A stretch of 64,000 bases of DNA from an uncultured Phycisphaerales bacterium (GTDB taxonomy: Bacteria; Planctomycetota; Phycisphaerae; Phycisphaerales; UBA1924): positions 3,896 through 67,895 of the forward strand of contig CAXAUD010000014.1 in assembly GCA_963972125.1 (NCBI GenBank), in the 5' to 3' direction. A program made the translations under genes and the position numbers. This document shows positions 29,102 through 37,988 of the stretch, piece by piece; positions within the stretch are counted from its first letter, which is position 1, and each line of letters opens with the position of its first letter. The notes under the pieces were generated by a model that was not told the origin of the DNA, did no database searches, and saw nothing but the letters and a program-made list of their open reading frames with translations.

Positions 29102-30082
29102 GTGAAAAACCCGCCCCTGCATCCCAACAATACAGTGATGATCACCCTTGCAACACCGTTGACGCTCGCGCAGGCCCTCCCGGAAGGCGGGTCGGTTCCT
29201 TTGGGCGTTGCTCTGATGGCCGGGCTATTGCTCTGGATCATGGGGGCGCGGGTGATCAAGCCGGTGTTTTTCCTGTTCGGGCTCGCGATCGGCGGGTTCG
29301 TGGGGACGACCCTGATGCCCCTCATCGGGTTCCCGAATCTCGACATCGGGGGCGTATCCATCTCACCGAGCGTGATCGGGCTTGTCTGCGGCGGGATCAT
29401 CGGTGCGCTGTGTGCGCTCGCGATGTTTCGTCTCGTGATCGCGATGACCTCCGCGTTCGCGTTCGCCGTCGCTGGCGTGGTCGGTGCCCTGATCTTCCTG
29501 CATTACAACCCAACCATCACGGACGGCGATCCCAGCGCTACCGAATCGGCATTGGTTGATTCGGGTGAAAACACGCTCAACGACCTGACGAACTCGCTCG
29601 GGGATGACCTCTCACGCGAAGCCGCGGAACGGAGCGTGGACAGTCTCGATCCGGAAGGCAACATCCTGAACGAGGACACGAAGCAGCAGCTCAAGGACGC
29701 GGCTGAGCGTTCTCGTCAGTTTCTGAGCGATCTGGGAAGCACGATCTCCGCGGAACTCGAGAAACGACCTACGCGCGACAAGATGATCGGCTTCTCCGCT
29801 GGGTTCGCGGGCTTTGCGTTCGGATTGCTCATCGGTGTGGTCCTCCCGAAGCGCACCACGGCGCTGGTCACCAGTCTCTTCGGGTCTGCGGTGTGCATGG
29901 CGTCGACGAGTGCGCTCCTGACGGCGAGCAACGGTGAACGACCCGAATACCTGAACCAATCCGCCACGGTCCTGGCGATCGTCTGGGTGATCCTCACGGG
30001 GATCGGATTGATGATTCAGCTCGGATTTATCACCAAGAAGTCGAACGGATCACGAACAAACGACGATGAAGATGGGGATTAA
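29102..30082 (+). CDS. hypothetical polytopic membrane protein
   Basis: 326-aa ORF with several hydrophobic helices flanking a hydrophilic acidic loop. I recognised no family and the start (GTG at 29102) is uncertain. Confidence 0.45.
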   Translation: MKNPPLHPNNTVMITLATPLTLAQALPEGGSVPLGVALMAGLLLWIMGARVIKPVFFLFGLAIGGFVGTTLMPLIGFPNLDIGGVSISPSVIGLVCGGIIGALCALAMFRLVIAMTSAFAFAVAGVVGALIFLHYNPTITDGDPSATESALVDSGENTLNDLTNSLGDDLSREAAERSVDSLDPEGNILNEDTKQQLKDAAERSRQFLSDLGSTISAELEKRPTRDKMIGFSAGFAGFAFGLLIGVVLPKRTTALVTSLFGSAVCMASTSALLTASNGERPEYLNQSATVLAIVWVILTGIGLMIQLGFITKKSNGSRTNDDEDGD

Positions 30083-30115
30083 CGCCTATGTTGCACCCCA
30101 AGATCCGGGGTCAAC

Positions 30116-30144
30116 TTGACGGAACGGTTTGAGAATGCGACAAT
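30116..30144 (+). promoter_or_regulatory. putative promoter of the 98-aa ORF
   Basis: TTGACG-N17-GACAAT, about 100 nt upstream of the ATG at 30245. Confidence 0.3.
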
Positions 30145-30244
30145 TACGACCCAGCGGGAGGACCCGTTTCTGTGATTTGACCGATCGGTATTGAATAGCA
30201 ACTGATTCGCACATCGCACAGATCAGGCAGAGGAGGCCGAACCC

Positions 30245-30541
30245 ATGATGACCAATGCAAAGCAGCGGATGATCGAGGAAACGATGAAGCGTCGTGACGA
30301 TGCGGTCGTGCTCCTCAAGTCATTGCTCGATGCCAAGTCGATCTCGGAGCGGAATCTGGAAGAACTGCAACAGCCCGACCTGATCAAACAGGTCACCGGG
30401 CGCTCGAGCATGGACAACGCGATCGCATCGACACGACGCCTGATTGATTCGTTCAATCGCGTGCTGGATGATCTTCGCCGCAATATGAGCGAAGAGGACA
30501 TACGCGTTATTGGAAAGCTCGAGCCTTCGCTCCATCTCTAA
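30245..30541 (+). CDS. hypothetical small helical protein
   Basis: 98 aa with a strong GAGGAGG RBS upstream and a terminator downstream. I recognised no family. Confidence 0.55.
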   Translation: MMTNAKQRMIEETMKRRDDAVVLLKSLLDAKSISERNLEELQQPDLIKQVTGRSSMDNAIASTRRLIDSFNRVLDDLRRNMSEEDIRVIGKLEPSLHL

Positions 30542-30567
30542 CACGATCTGAACACACCAACGCCACG

Positions 30568-30592
30568 CACCCGCTCTTCAGCGGGTGTTTTT
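30568..30592 (+). terminator. intrinsic terminator
   Basis: ACCCGCT cttc AGCGGGT followed by GTTTTT. Confidence 0.7.
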
Positions 30593-30612
30593 CTTCGTGT
30601 GTATGATCGAGC

Positions 30613-31164
30613 ATGCCTGAAACGCCAAACCCATCGCGTGTGATGTATCCCCCGCTGCCATCCGACCTGAGCAGTGAGATCAAGCTGCCCAACGGGGGAA
30701 GGGTGAACGCCGCTGTCCTCCGCGTGAAGCGGCTCGACGAGCGGGCGATCCTGCCGGAATACAAGTCCGCGCAAGCGGCCGGCCTCGATCTGGCGGCCTG
30801 CCTGCCCCGCCATGACTTCGGCGAGGAAGTCACCATCGAGCCGCTGCAAATCGTGAAGATCCCGCTCGGGTATGCCTGCGCGATCCCGATGGGCTTTGAG
30901 GGACAGGTCCGTCCCCGCTCAGGGCTCTCCACCAAGCACGGCATCTCGCTGCCCAACGCCCCGGGGACGATCGACAGCGATTACCGCGGCGAGATGTTCA
31001 TCGCGCTGATCAACCTGAGCAAGGAACCCTACACGATCCGGCACGGCGATCGCATCGCCCAGCTCGTGATCGCCCCAGTAGCGCATGCAACGATCCGTGA
31101 AGTCGAGATGCTCGACGACACGGATCGGGGGGACCGAGGGTTTGGATCGACAGGCGTGCGCTGA
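30613..31164 (+). CDS. dut: dUTP diphosphatase
   Basis: 183 aa with AAGLDLAA, GTIDSDYRGE, DRIAQLVI and RGDRGFGSTG motifs. There is an N-terminal extension of about 30 aa. Confidence 0.9.
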   Translation: MPETPNPSRVMYPPLPSDLSSEIKLPNGGRVNAAVLRVKRLDERAILPEYKSAQAAGLDLAACLPRHDFGEEVTIEPLQIVKIPLGYACAIPMGFEGQVRPRSGLSTKHGISLPNAPGTIDSDYRGEMFIALINLSKEPYTIRHGDRIAQLVIAPVAHATIREVEMLDDTDRGDRGFGSTGVR

Positions 31165-31165
31165 A

Positions 31166-32491
31166 TCAGCGGATGCCCTTGCCCTTGTGCTGGTAACGAT
31201 CGGGGAGTTCCTGGTCCGGAACACTTGTGCGGGGCGCGGAGTTCGTTGCGGATCGACGCACGGAAGAGGGCCGGATGATGATCCGATTACTCGAGCCCGA
31301 GTTGCCTGAACCATTGTCGTTCCCAGTAGAACGAGAGGTTGAGTTCGTCGCGTTCGCACCGGTCCCGAGTTGATTCAACGCCTCGGTAAACATCACATGA
31401 TCTGCAGTAATGGGTATGAGCCCCATATCAAGCAGCCTGTTCACATAGTCGATGCGTTGATCCTCATTTCCTATACGCATAGGGGATTGATTGATCCAAA
31501 CAAACAAACGGGTCTCATCAGTGTCTACTGGGAAACACTCATAGGCATTCCCTTCTGGCCATACACGATCGACATACTGGTTCGTACCGATCCAAGACAT
31601 CTTTGTGATCGAATCGTCACAGAGAAGTGGAGAATTGCCCATGCCTCGTTCTACTCGTCCATTACTGTACGCGAAGGGATAGGCTTCACCGTATACATTA
31701 ATATTGAATGGGAACTGACGGAGAGACTCCGCAAGACGGATGTAATGAGCACGCTCCTCGACGGGCGCAGAATGATCAATCGCGATTCCGGAAGCCCCAG
31801 TCGAAATCCAGCCGCCGAGTGTAATCCGTGAGCCGATGAGTTCTTCCCAAGTATCGTTTTCACCTACTCCGTAAAACTCGTTCGATGCCCCTTCGGTCCA
31901 TCCATTAAACTCTCGTGGATCACTCATATCCGAACCAACGAACCAAACAATATGAACGGGTTCGCTGAAGTGATCGAGCAATGCATCCGCTAGCTTCGCG
32001 GGTAGCTCATCTCTTTTCTCATCCTCAATCGTCAGCCAGCTCGCGCCGGGAACATGGGCATTTCCTGGAGTCCCCATAGGACGATTTACGAAGAACCATC
32101 GTGCCCCATAATCGTACCCGATCTGGATTCGATTGAGCATCTCATCAACTGCGTTTTCCCCACGCCACCAGTTTGTAATACCACGCATATTTCCTTCAGG
32201 ATGTACGGGGCTATTTCGTTCACCGGTGAATGTATTGATCAGCCACATCGGGGTCCGTGGGACATTGTCCTGCCAACGCTCGCCGTTGAACCCATGATTT
32301 CTATCACCAGAGCCGCCCGAGTCGTTGTTATTGCCCCCACCCGAGTTCCCGTTGCCTCGGGTGATCGTCCCGTTGTTCGTCGTAGGCCGTCGCCCGTCAT
32401 CCGCGCTGACCCCGAAGGTTGTGCAGGAAACCAGTGTACTAGCGAGCAGGGTTGTGAGCGTCATGTTCATGATCAGGGCTCCGAGCTTCAT
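31166..32491 (-). CDS. hypothetical lipoprotein with Gly/Asn/Ser-rich linkers
   Basis: About 441 aa from the ATG at 32491 (MKLGALIMNMTLTTLLASTLVSC, lipobox-like LVSC). The start is uncertain. The body is noticeably A/T-richer than the surrounding genes, and I recognised no family. Confidence 0.6.
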   Translation of the reverse strand: MKLGALIMNMTLTTLLASTLVSCTTFGVSADDGRRPTTNNGTITRGNGNSGGGNNNDSGGSGDRNHGFNGERWQDNVPRTPMWLINTFTGERNSPVHPEGNMRGITNWWRGENAVDEMLNRIQIGYDYGARWFFVNRPMGTPGNAHVPGASWLTIEDEKRDELPAKLADALLDHFSEPVHIVWFVGSDMSDPREFNGWTEGASNEFYGVGENDTWEELIGSRITLGGWISTGASGIAIDHSAPVEERAHYIRLAESLRQFPFNINVYGEAYPFAYSNGRVERGMGNSPLLCDDSITKMSWIGTNQYVDRVWPEGNAYECFPVDTDETRLFVWINQSPMRIGNEDQRIDYVNRLLDMGLIPITADHVMFTEALNQLGTGANATNSTSRSTGNDNGSGNSGSSNRIIIRPSSVRRSATNSAPRTSVPDQELPDRYQHKGKGIR

Positions 32492-32707
32492 CCGGTAGAG
32501 ATCGTAATGCTGGTGTGTCATACGCTGATGGTACAGCGCATCTGAGGTTTGTCCGAGAGATTCCCCAGACTCAGAGAGTTTCGATTCCATGCGCCCCCCC
32601 CGCCACCGGAACTCGTCACCAGAGAAAACCCGACATAGACCTGGACGAACTGCGTGAAGTTCAACGGTTTTGCGGCCTGTTCAGGTTGAATCAGCCGTTC
32701 CGGATAA

Positions 32708-34051
32708 TCAGTCGACCACCTCGATCGTGTGCTCGATCTCGACGATGCGTTCCCACACGGGTGGGTTCTCGAACGAGTGGGTCCCGTCGGGGTTCCAACT
32801 GAGCCCGAACTGATCGAGCTTGGTGATGTTCGGGTCAAGCACCCAGACGAGACGCGCCCGCACAATCACGACGCCCGGCGAATCGGGTATCCACACCATG
32901 CTCGGCCCGGAACCCTCCACGAGTCTGTCGCGCGATTGGCGCGTGCTCTGACGCTCGTGCGCTGTTGGGTCGTCGGCTATCACAAACCCACCGAAATAGG
33001 CATCAGGGTCGAGCCGGTGGTCGGGGTTGTATCCTTCGGGCGCACCCACACGCAGAATGATCGGCGTCCCGACACGCACTCGCCCGGGCGCATCGATCCA
33101 TGCCTGGGTGAATGGGTCGAGCATGCGATCGAGCTGGGCCTGGGTGAGCCCGTCGTTGAACGCCCGCTGGGCGAGCCAGCTCCCCTGACAATGCGTCCAG
33201 AACCCATCGGTGTTGCCCGACGCGATCGTGTCGATCATCGCGTCCTTGAGTCGATCTTCCTCCGCGGGGGTGAGCGTCTTGCGCTCGAGCGCCTCGAACG
33301 CGTCCGTGCTGTTGGGCGCGAGGGTGATGAGGGTGCCCTTGGGGATCGCGTTGTAGATGAGCCCCTTGTGCTTGATCATGGTGTAGGACACGACCACGCC
33401 CACGAGCGTGAGGATAATCCCCGCGAAGAGGTAGCGCGAATCGCGGACGCGTGGGCGATCGGTGGTGTACGACAAGTCCCGCAACGCGATCCCGCACTCG
33501 GGGCACTCGCACGGGAGTGTGAGTCCAACGAGCGGGTACGAGCATTTCTCACACGAGATCTGCCCGGGCTGTCGCATGAACCGGGTCATCACCACGAAAC
33601 AGACCCCGCCGATGATCAGGTAGAACCCGATCAGGTACTCGAACGCAGAAAACCCACCCGTAAGCGAGGGCAGGTTGACGAGGACCATGATCATCCCAAA
33701 GTAATACGATTGATACAGCACCTGCTGGCGCACCGGGATGCCCCACGGGTCGGTCTTGTTCTGGTAGATCAGGCGATTGCGATCGTCCTTAGGCATGCGT
33801 GCGAACGCGAGAACCTGAGGCAGCACCAACAGCCCAAGCACCGCGAGCGTCATCGCAACCATCGGGACAAACGAGAGATTCCGCGTCGAGAACACGACCA
33901 CGAGCACGATGACTGAGACGATGGTAAGTATTACGATCGGGATTGCCAGGCGCATGAACTCGCGTTTGAACGCGTCGTACCGCACCTCGATCTCGGGGAT
34001 CGGCTCGCTCGGATCGAGATCGGGGTAGATCTTGTCGGCGCGGTACTTCAT
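32708..34051 (-). CDS. polytopic membrane protein with internal CxxC...CPECG zinc ribbon and C-terminal extracytoplasmic domain (family member 3)
   Basis: 447 aa from the ATG at 34051, which forms an ATGA overlap with the upstream stop. The layout is about 4 TM, RQPGQISCEKCSYPLVGLTLPCECPECG, one TM, then a soluble domain of about 210 aa. It is a paralog of the upstream gene. Confidence 0.75.
   Translation of the reverse strand: MKYRADKIYPDLDPSEPIPEIEVRYDAFKREFMRLAIPIVILTIVSVIVLVVVFSTRNLSFVPMVAMTLAVLGLLVLPQVLAFARMPKDDRNRLIYQNKTDPWGIPVRQQVLYQSYYFGMIMVLVNLPSLTGGFSAFEYLIGFYLIIGGVCFVVMTRFMRQPGQISCEKCSYPLVGLTLPCECPECGIALRDLSYTTDRPRVRDSRYLFAGIILTLVGVVVSYTMIKHKGLIYNAIPKGTLITLAPNSTDAFEALERKTLTPAEEDRLKDAMIDTIASGNTDGFWTHCQGSWLAQRAFNDGLTQAQLDRMLDPFTQAWIDAPGRVRVGTPIILRVGAPEGYNPDHRLDPDAYFGGFVIADDPTAHERQSTRQSRDRLVEGSGPSMVWIPDSPGVVIVRARLVWVLDPNITKLDQFGLSWNPDGTHSFENPPVWERIVEIEHTIEVVD
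32712..32764 (-). repeat. 53-nt exact repeat, copy 1 (3' end of family member 3)
   Basis: The plus-strand text tcgaccacctcgatcgtgtgctcgatctcgacgatgcgttcccacacgggtgg is identical to 34052..34104. Confidence 0.95.
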
Positions 34052-35418
34052 TCGACCACCTCGATCGTGTGCTCGATCTCGACGATGCGTTCCCACACGG
34101 GTGGCGTTGGGTACTTCGGTAGATCGTTCGCATCCCAGGAGATGGGATTCCCCAGAGTCGCACCGCTGCCGAGGGCGAAGACAACACGAGCGTGGATTGT
34201 GTGGATCCCGGATTCCATCGGCGTCCAGGTCAAAACAGGCACATACCCCCGCGCGATGTTCTCCTCATCCGGACCGTTGACAAGGAATGTACGAGACATG
34301 ACCTGGCTTGCTCGTGCGAGAGTTTGCGGGTCGTCATCAATACCGAAACCTGCAAAGAAGTACCATGTCGGTTGTGCCACGCGTGTGTATTCGGCGCGAA
34401 GAGTAAGCCGAACCGGTTCTCCAACACTCGCCCGCGTAGGCGCGTCAATCTCAAGTGCCGTGAACTCCGCGTAGAGGTCATCGAGTTGGTCTGATCGCAA
34501 GCGCCCTTGCACGATCATTGCGCCGAACCACTCGCTTTGCTCATAGCTTGAGCTCGATTGAAAACCGGTTCTGGCGGAGTACATCCCCGCGATAAGCTGG
34601 TCTTCTTCTTCACGCGTCATCGCCGTGCTCATGAGCGTATCGAACGCGCCGCGATCGTTCGGCGCGAGCTGGAGCAAGGCCGAGCGGGGCATCGCGGTGT
34701 AGAGCGCCTGCGGGCGATAGAAACGAAGCACAATCATGGCCAATGACAAAACTGCGATCGCGATCCCGATGAGTACAAGACGCGTGTCACGCGCACGCGG
34801 GCGATCGGTTGCGTCGGAGAGATATGAGATCGTGGTGCCGCACTCGGGGCAGGGGCACGGGAGTTGCAACCCCACGAGTGGGTAATCGCATTTCATGCAC
34901 GAGATCTGCCCGGGCTGACGGGCGAATCGACCACAGACCGCAAGCGCGGCTCCAAACATGAGCGAGTACCACGCAAATGTAAACATCCCTTCCATGATCC
35001 CATCAGAGAACATCCGTAAGCCTGCAAACAAGCTCCACATCACGATCGCGTAAAAGAACCAGTACCGGATCTGGTCACGGATCGGGACACCCCACGGATC
35101 GCTCGGATCGCTCTTGCCCGCCTTGCGCTGGGCCTTGTATACGAGACCGACGATGAAGAACAGAATCCCGAAACCGAAGCCCATACTCATGAGCGTCCCC
35201 GTGATCGTCTTCTTCAAGAAGATCGCAAGGCACAACTGTGAAACGAAGATGGCTGCGATCGCCCACCACGCGTGACGCGAGAAGGCCTCGAACCCCGCGC
35301 GCATGGGTTCGTTGTAGCGCAACTCGATCTCCGGGATCGGGTCATGCAAACTCAGGTCGGAATAGTGCTTGCTCGCGGGGTACTTCAACGGATCTATCCA
35401 ACCATAGAAAACACGCAA
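34048..35418 (-). CDS. polytopic membrane protein with internal CxxC...CPECG zinc ribbon and C-terminal extracytoplasmic domain (family member 4)
   Basis: 456 aa with the same architecture (RQPGQISCMKCDYPLVGLQLPCPCPECG). It shares the motifs DPIPEIE.RY, DPWG.P.R.Q, TDRPR.RD.R and C-terminal PPVWERIVEIEHTIEVV. Confidence 0.75.
   Translation of the reverse strand: MRVFYGWIDPLKYPASKHYSDLSLHDPIPEIELRYNEPMRAGFEAFSRHAWWAIAAIFVSQLCLAIFLKKTITGTLMSMGFGFGILFFIVGLVYKAQRKAGKSDPSDPWGVPIRDQIRYWFFYAIVMWSLFAGLRMFSDGIMEGMFTFAWYSLMFGAALAVCGRFARQPGQISCMKCDYPLVGLQLPCPCPECGTTISYLSDATDRPRARDTRLVLIGIAIAVLSLAMIVLRFYRPQALYTAMPRSALLQLAPNDRGAFDTLMSTAMTREEEDQLIAGMYSARTGFQSSSSYEQSEWFGAMIVQGRLRSDQLDDLYAEFTALEIDAPTRASVGEPVRLTLRAEYTRVAQPTWYFFAGFGIDDDPQTLARASQVMSRTFLVNGPDEENIARGYVPVLTWTPMESGIHTIHARVVFALGSGATLGNPISWDANDLPKYPTPPVWERIVEIEHTIEVVE
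34052..34104 (-). repeat. 53-nt exact repeat, copy 2 (3' end of family member 4)
   Basis: Identical to 32712..32764. The flanking DNA is dissimilar on the upstream side. Confidence 0.95.
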
Positions 35419-35442
35419 CCCGCATACGCATGCGGAGGGTGC

Positions 35443-35462
35443 ATGTTACATGATATGAACAT
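35443..35462. promoter_or_regulatory. A/T-rich inverted repeat upstream of the zinc-ribbon gene pair (candidate promoter/operator)
   Basis: ATGTT-N10-AACAT within catgttacatgatatgaacatattt, the only A/T-rich patch between 35418 and 35478. Confidence 0.25.
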
Positions 35463-35477
35463 ATTTCGCTCGGGTTC

Positions 35478-36221
35478 TTAGGTTGCGACAGATGATTCAA
35501 TTTGAATATCCGTCGGCTTTGGCGCACGGACGCACAGCTCGTACCCCCACCAGATGAGGATCAACCCGAGGAACTCGCCCAGGTAAAGCGCCTCGACGAG
35601 CCCGCCCGTGCTCATCTGCCCGTCTGTGCCCACCTTGGCGAGAGACCCGCCGATCCCTGGGAGGATGGCACCCAACGCGATCAGCGCGGTGCCATAGGCG
35701 CGCCGGCGCATCGTGGGATTTTCGAAGAACCGCAGGCTTGAGATAATCGCGCCACCGATGAGGAAGAAAGCCGCGTAGAAGTTGATCACGGGGGTGACGG
35801 GGAACCGGATCCATGTCCACGCGATCACATTCCCGTCGGGCTTGTCGGGGTTGAGGTTCTCCGCGATCATCGGGGTGAACAGGACCCCGATCGTCCCTGC
35901 GATCACCACGAGCATCGAGATCGCGGTCAGGGTGTGCGCGAGCTTGCGCTTGTGCAGCAGGTACACCGATCCGGTTGCGAGGGGATACGCGCCGAGGATC
36001 GCGCCCGCCCAGTACCACAACCGATTGAGCAGAAGCGTGTTGCCCGAGAGCGTGATGATCGATTCGAGCAGCGTACCCAGCCCATAGAACAACACCCCCA
36101 TCGCCCACCAGAGCAGATGGGGCGGATACTCGCGTAGCTTCGCGCGGCGCATGAGCGTCACGATAAAACTGACGGAGATAAGGGTCGTCCCGATCGGGAG
36201 ATAATGGAGCAGTTTGAACAT
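35478..36221 (-). CDS. hypothetical 7-TM-like membrane protein
   Basis: About 247 aa from the ATG at 36221 (MFKLLHYLPIGTTLISVSF...), hydrophobic throughout. I recognised no family. Confidence 0.55.
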   Translation of the reverse strand: MFKLLHYLPIGTTLISVSFIVTLMRRAKLREYPPHLLWWAMGVLFYGLGTLLESIITLSGNTLLLNRLWYWAGAILGAYPLATGSVYLLHKRKLAHTLTAISMLVVIAGTIGVLFTPMIAENLNPDKPDGNVIAWTWIRFPVTPVINFYAAFFLIGGAIISSLRFFENPTMRRRAYGTALIALGAILPGIGGSLAKVGTDGQMSTGGLVEALYLGEFLGLILIWWGYELCVRAPKPTDIQIESSVAT

Positions 36222-36315
36222 CGTCGCATGATCCCGATGATGATGTATCGAATGGTGAGCCGGGAGAACAACGCGCGGCCAAGATCTATTCGCGATACAT
36301 TGCGGAGTTGCGCAT

Positions 36316-36346
36316 GAAAAAACGCACCGGATGTTTCCGGTGCGTT
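36316..36346 (-). terminator. intrinsic terminator (minus strand) after rpsA
   Basis: On the minus strand this reads AACGCACCGG aaacat CCGGTGCGTT followed by TTTT. Confidence 0.75.
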
Positions 36347-36372
36347 GGTGTGTATGCATCAAGACAACTGGT

Positions 36373-37782
36373 CTAGAGCTTCAGATCGCCCAGCCCCATG
36401 CCCATGCCGCCGGCATTGCCCAGACCCCCGCCGCCCTTTTTGGGTTGCTTCTTGGCCTGCTCGCGGAGACGACGCAGCTCGGGGGTTTCCTTGAGGATCT
36501 CCTCGGGGGTGCGATCGTCGCGCCCGCCACGACCGCCGCCGCGACCTCGCCCGCCGCCGCCCTGCTGCTGCGGGCGATCCTTGAGCTGCTTGATGGAAAG
36601 GGAGATCTTGCGATCGCTCGGGTCGACCTTGAGGACCTTGACCTGGACGACCTCGTTCTCCTTGAGGACCTCGTTGACATCGTTGACACGGCGCCAGTCG
36701 AGCTCGGAGATGTGCACGAGCCCCTCGACCCCCGGCGCGACTTCGACGAACGCACCGAACTCGAGGATCTTGGTCACCTTGCCCGAGAGCTCGGCACCCT
36801 CGACAACCTCTTCCGCCGCGGAGGCGAACGGGTCTGCCTGGAGCTGCTTCAGACCCAGACCGATACGGTTGCCTTCCCAATCGAGCTTGAGGATCTGGAC
36901 GGAGACCTTCTGCCCCTCGGACACATGGCGTGCGACATTCTTCGCGCCGTGGTTCACGCGTTCATGGGAGAGATCATTGAGATGGACAAGCCCGTCCACG
37001 CCTCCGAGATCGACGAATGCGCCGAAGTCCATGATCTTGCGGACGGTGCCCGTGACGGTATCACCTTCCTTGAGCGCTTCCTTGAGGGACTCGGCCGCCT
37101 TGGCGCGTTCCTTCTGGAGCACATCGCGACGCGAGAGGACGATGTTGCCCTGCCCGCGTTTATCGACCTTCTGGACTTCACAGGTCATCTTCTCGCCCAC
37201 AAAGACCGAGAGATCCGGGACGCGATCGATATCGACCTGCGATGCGGGCATGAACGCACGATGGTTCGCGATCTCGAGTTCGAGCCCGCCCTTGTTGGTG
37301 CCGGTGACGCGTGCCTCGACGACCTGGCCTGGTTCGAGCATCTCCCAATCGGCCTTCTGGACGGCGCCGGGGAGTGCACAGATGTAGAGGGACTCGGCGC
37401 TGTCGAAGCGCTGGACCGCGACTTCGAGCTGATCGCCGACATTCGGCGGTGTGTCCTTGAACTGCGCGATCTCAACGACCCCGAGTTCCTTGGGCCCAAA
37501 CTCAACGAACACATCGGATGCGCCCACCGAAACGACCATGCCGGTTCGGTGCTCACGCCCGCCACGCACGACGCGGGGCCCCTTAATGGACTTTGATCCG
37601 GACTCAGGCGCGTCCGCAGCATCCGCGGCTGCGAGGTCGGACATCGCGGCTTCGATCTCGGCGTGAGTCTCTGCATCGATCTCCGTGGCCGCCTGAGGTG
37701 CTGGCACCTGCGTGGGCGGTGGAGGCGTGACGCTCGTCGGAGTCGTGGGTGCGTCGGGGTTCGTCTGGTTCTGATCGCTCAT
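36373..37782 (-). CDS. rpsA: 30S ribosomal protein S1 (four S1 domains, RGG-rich tail)
   Basis: It has repeated S1 OB-fold motifs (G.V..I..FGAFV.L...(D/E)GL.H.S(E/Q)). The C-terminal tail is GGGGRGRGGGRGGRDD...KKGGGGLGNAGGMGMG. The ATG at 37782 is preferred. Confidence 0.88.
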   Translation of the reverse strand: MSDQNQTNPDAPTTPTSVTPPPPTQVPAPQAATEIDAETHAEIEAAMSDLAAADAADAPESGSKSIKGPRVVRGGREHRTGMVVSVGASDVFVEFGPKELGVVEIAQFKDTPPNVGDQLEVAVQRFDSAESLYICALPGAVQKADWEMLEPGQVVEARVTGTNKGGLELEIANHRAFMPASQVDIDRVPDLSVFVGEKMTCEVQKVDKRGQGNIVLSRRDVLQKERAKAAESLKEALKEGDTVTGTVRKIMDFGAFVDLGGVDGLVHLNDLSHERVNHGAKNVARHVSEGQKVSVQILKLDWEGNRIGLGLKQLQADPFASAAEEVVEGAELSGKVTKILEFGAFVEVAPGVEGLVHISELDWRRVNDVNEVLKENEVVQVKVLKVDPSDRKISLSIKQLKDRPQQQGGGGRGRGGGRGGRDDRTPEEILKETPELRRLREQAKKQPKKGGGGLGNAGGMGMGLGDLKL

Positions 37783-37988
37783 GTGTCGCGAATCCTGTGG
37801 TGTCGTTGGGCAGCGTTGCCCTGGCAAGTGGGTTGAAAGCCCGATCCTAAGTCAGAACGGGCAAAGGTACAAGGGTCAATGTGAACTTGAACACATCAAT
37901 GACACACCCCCGACGCGATTCTGCGTCGAGGGTGGGTATGGGTGAGTCCGGAGCGTCTTCATAGGCTTGGAAGTAAATGGGGGCTCTG

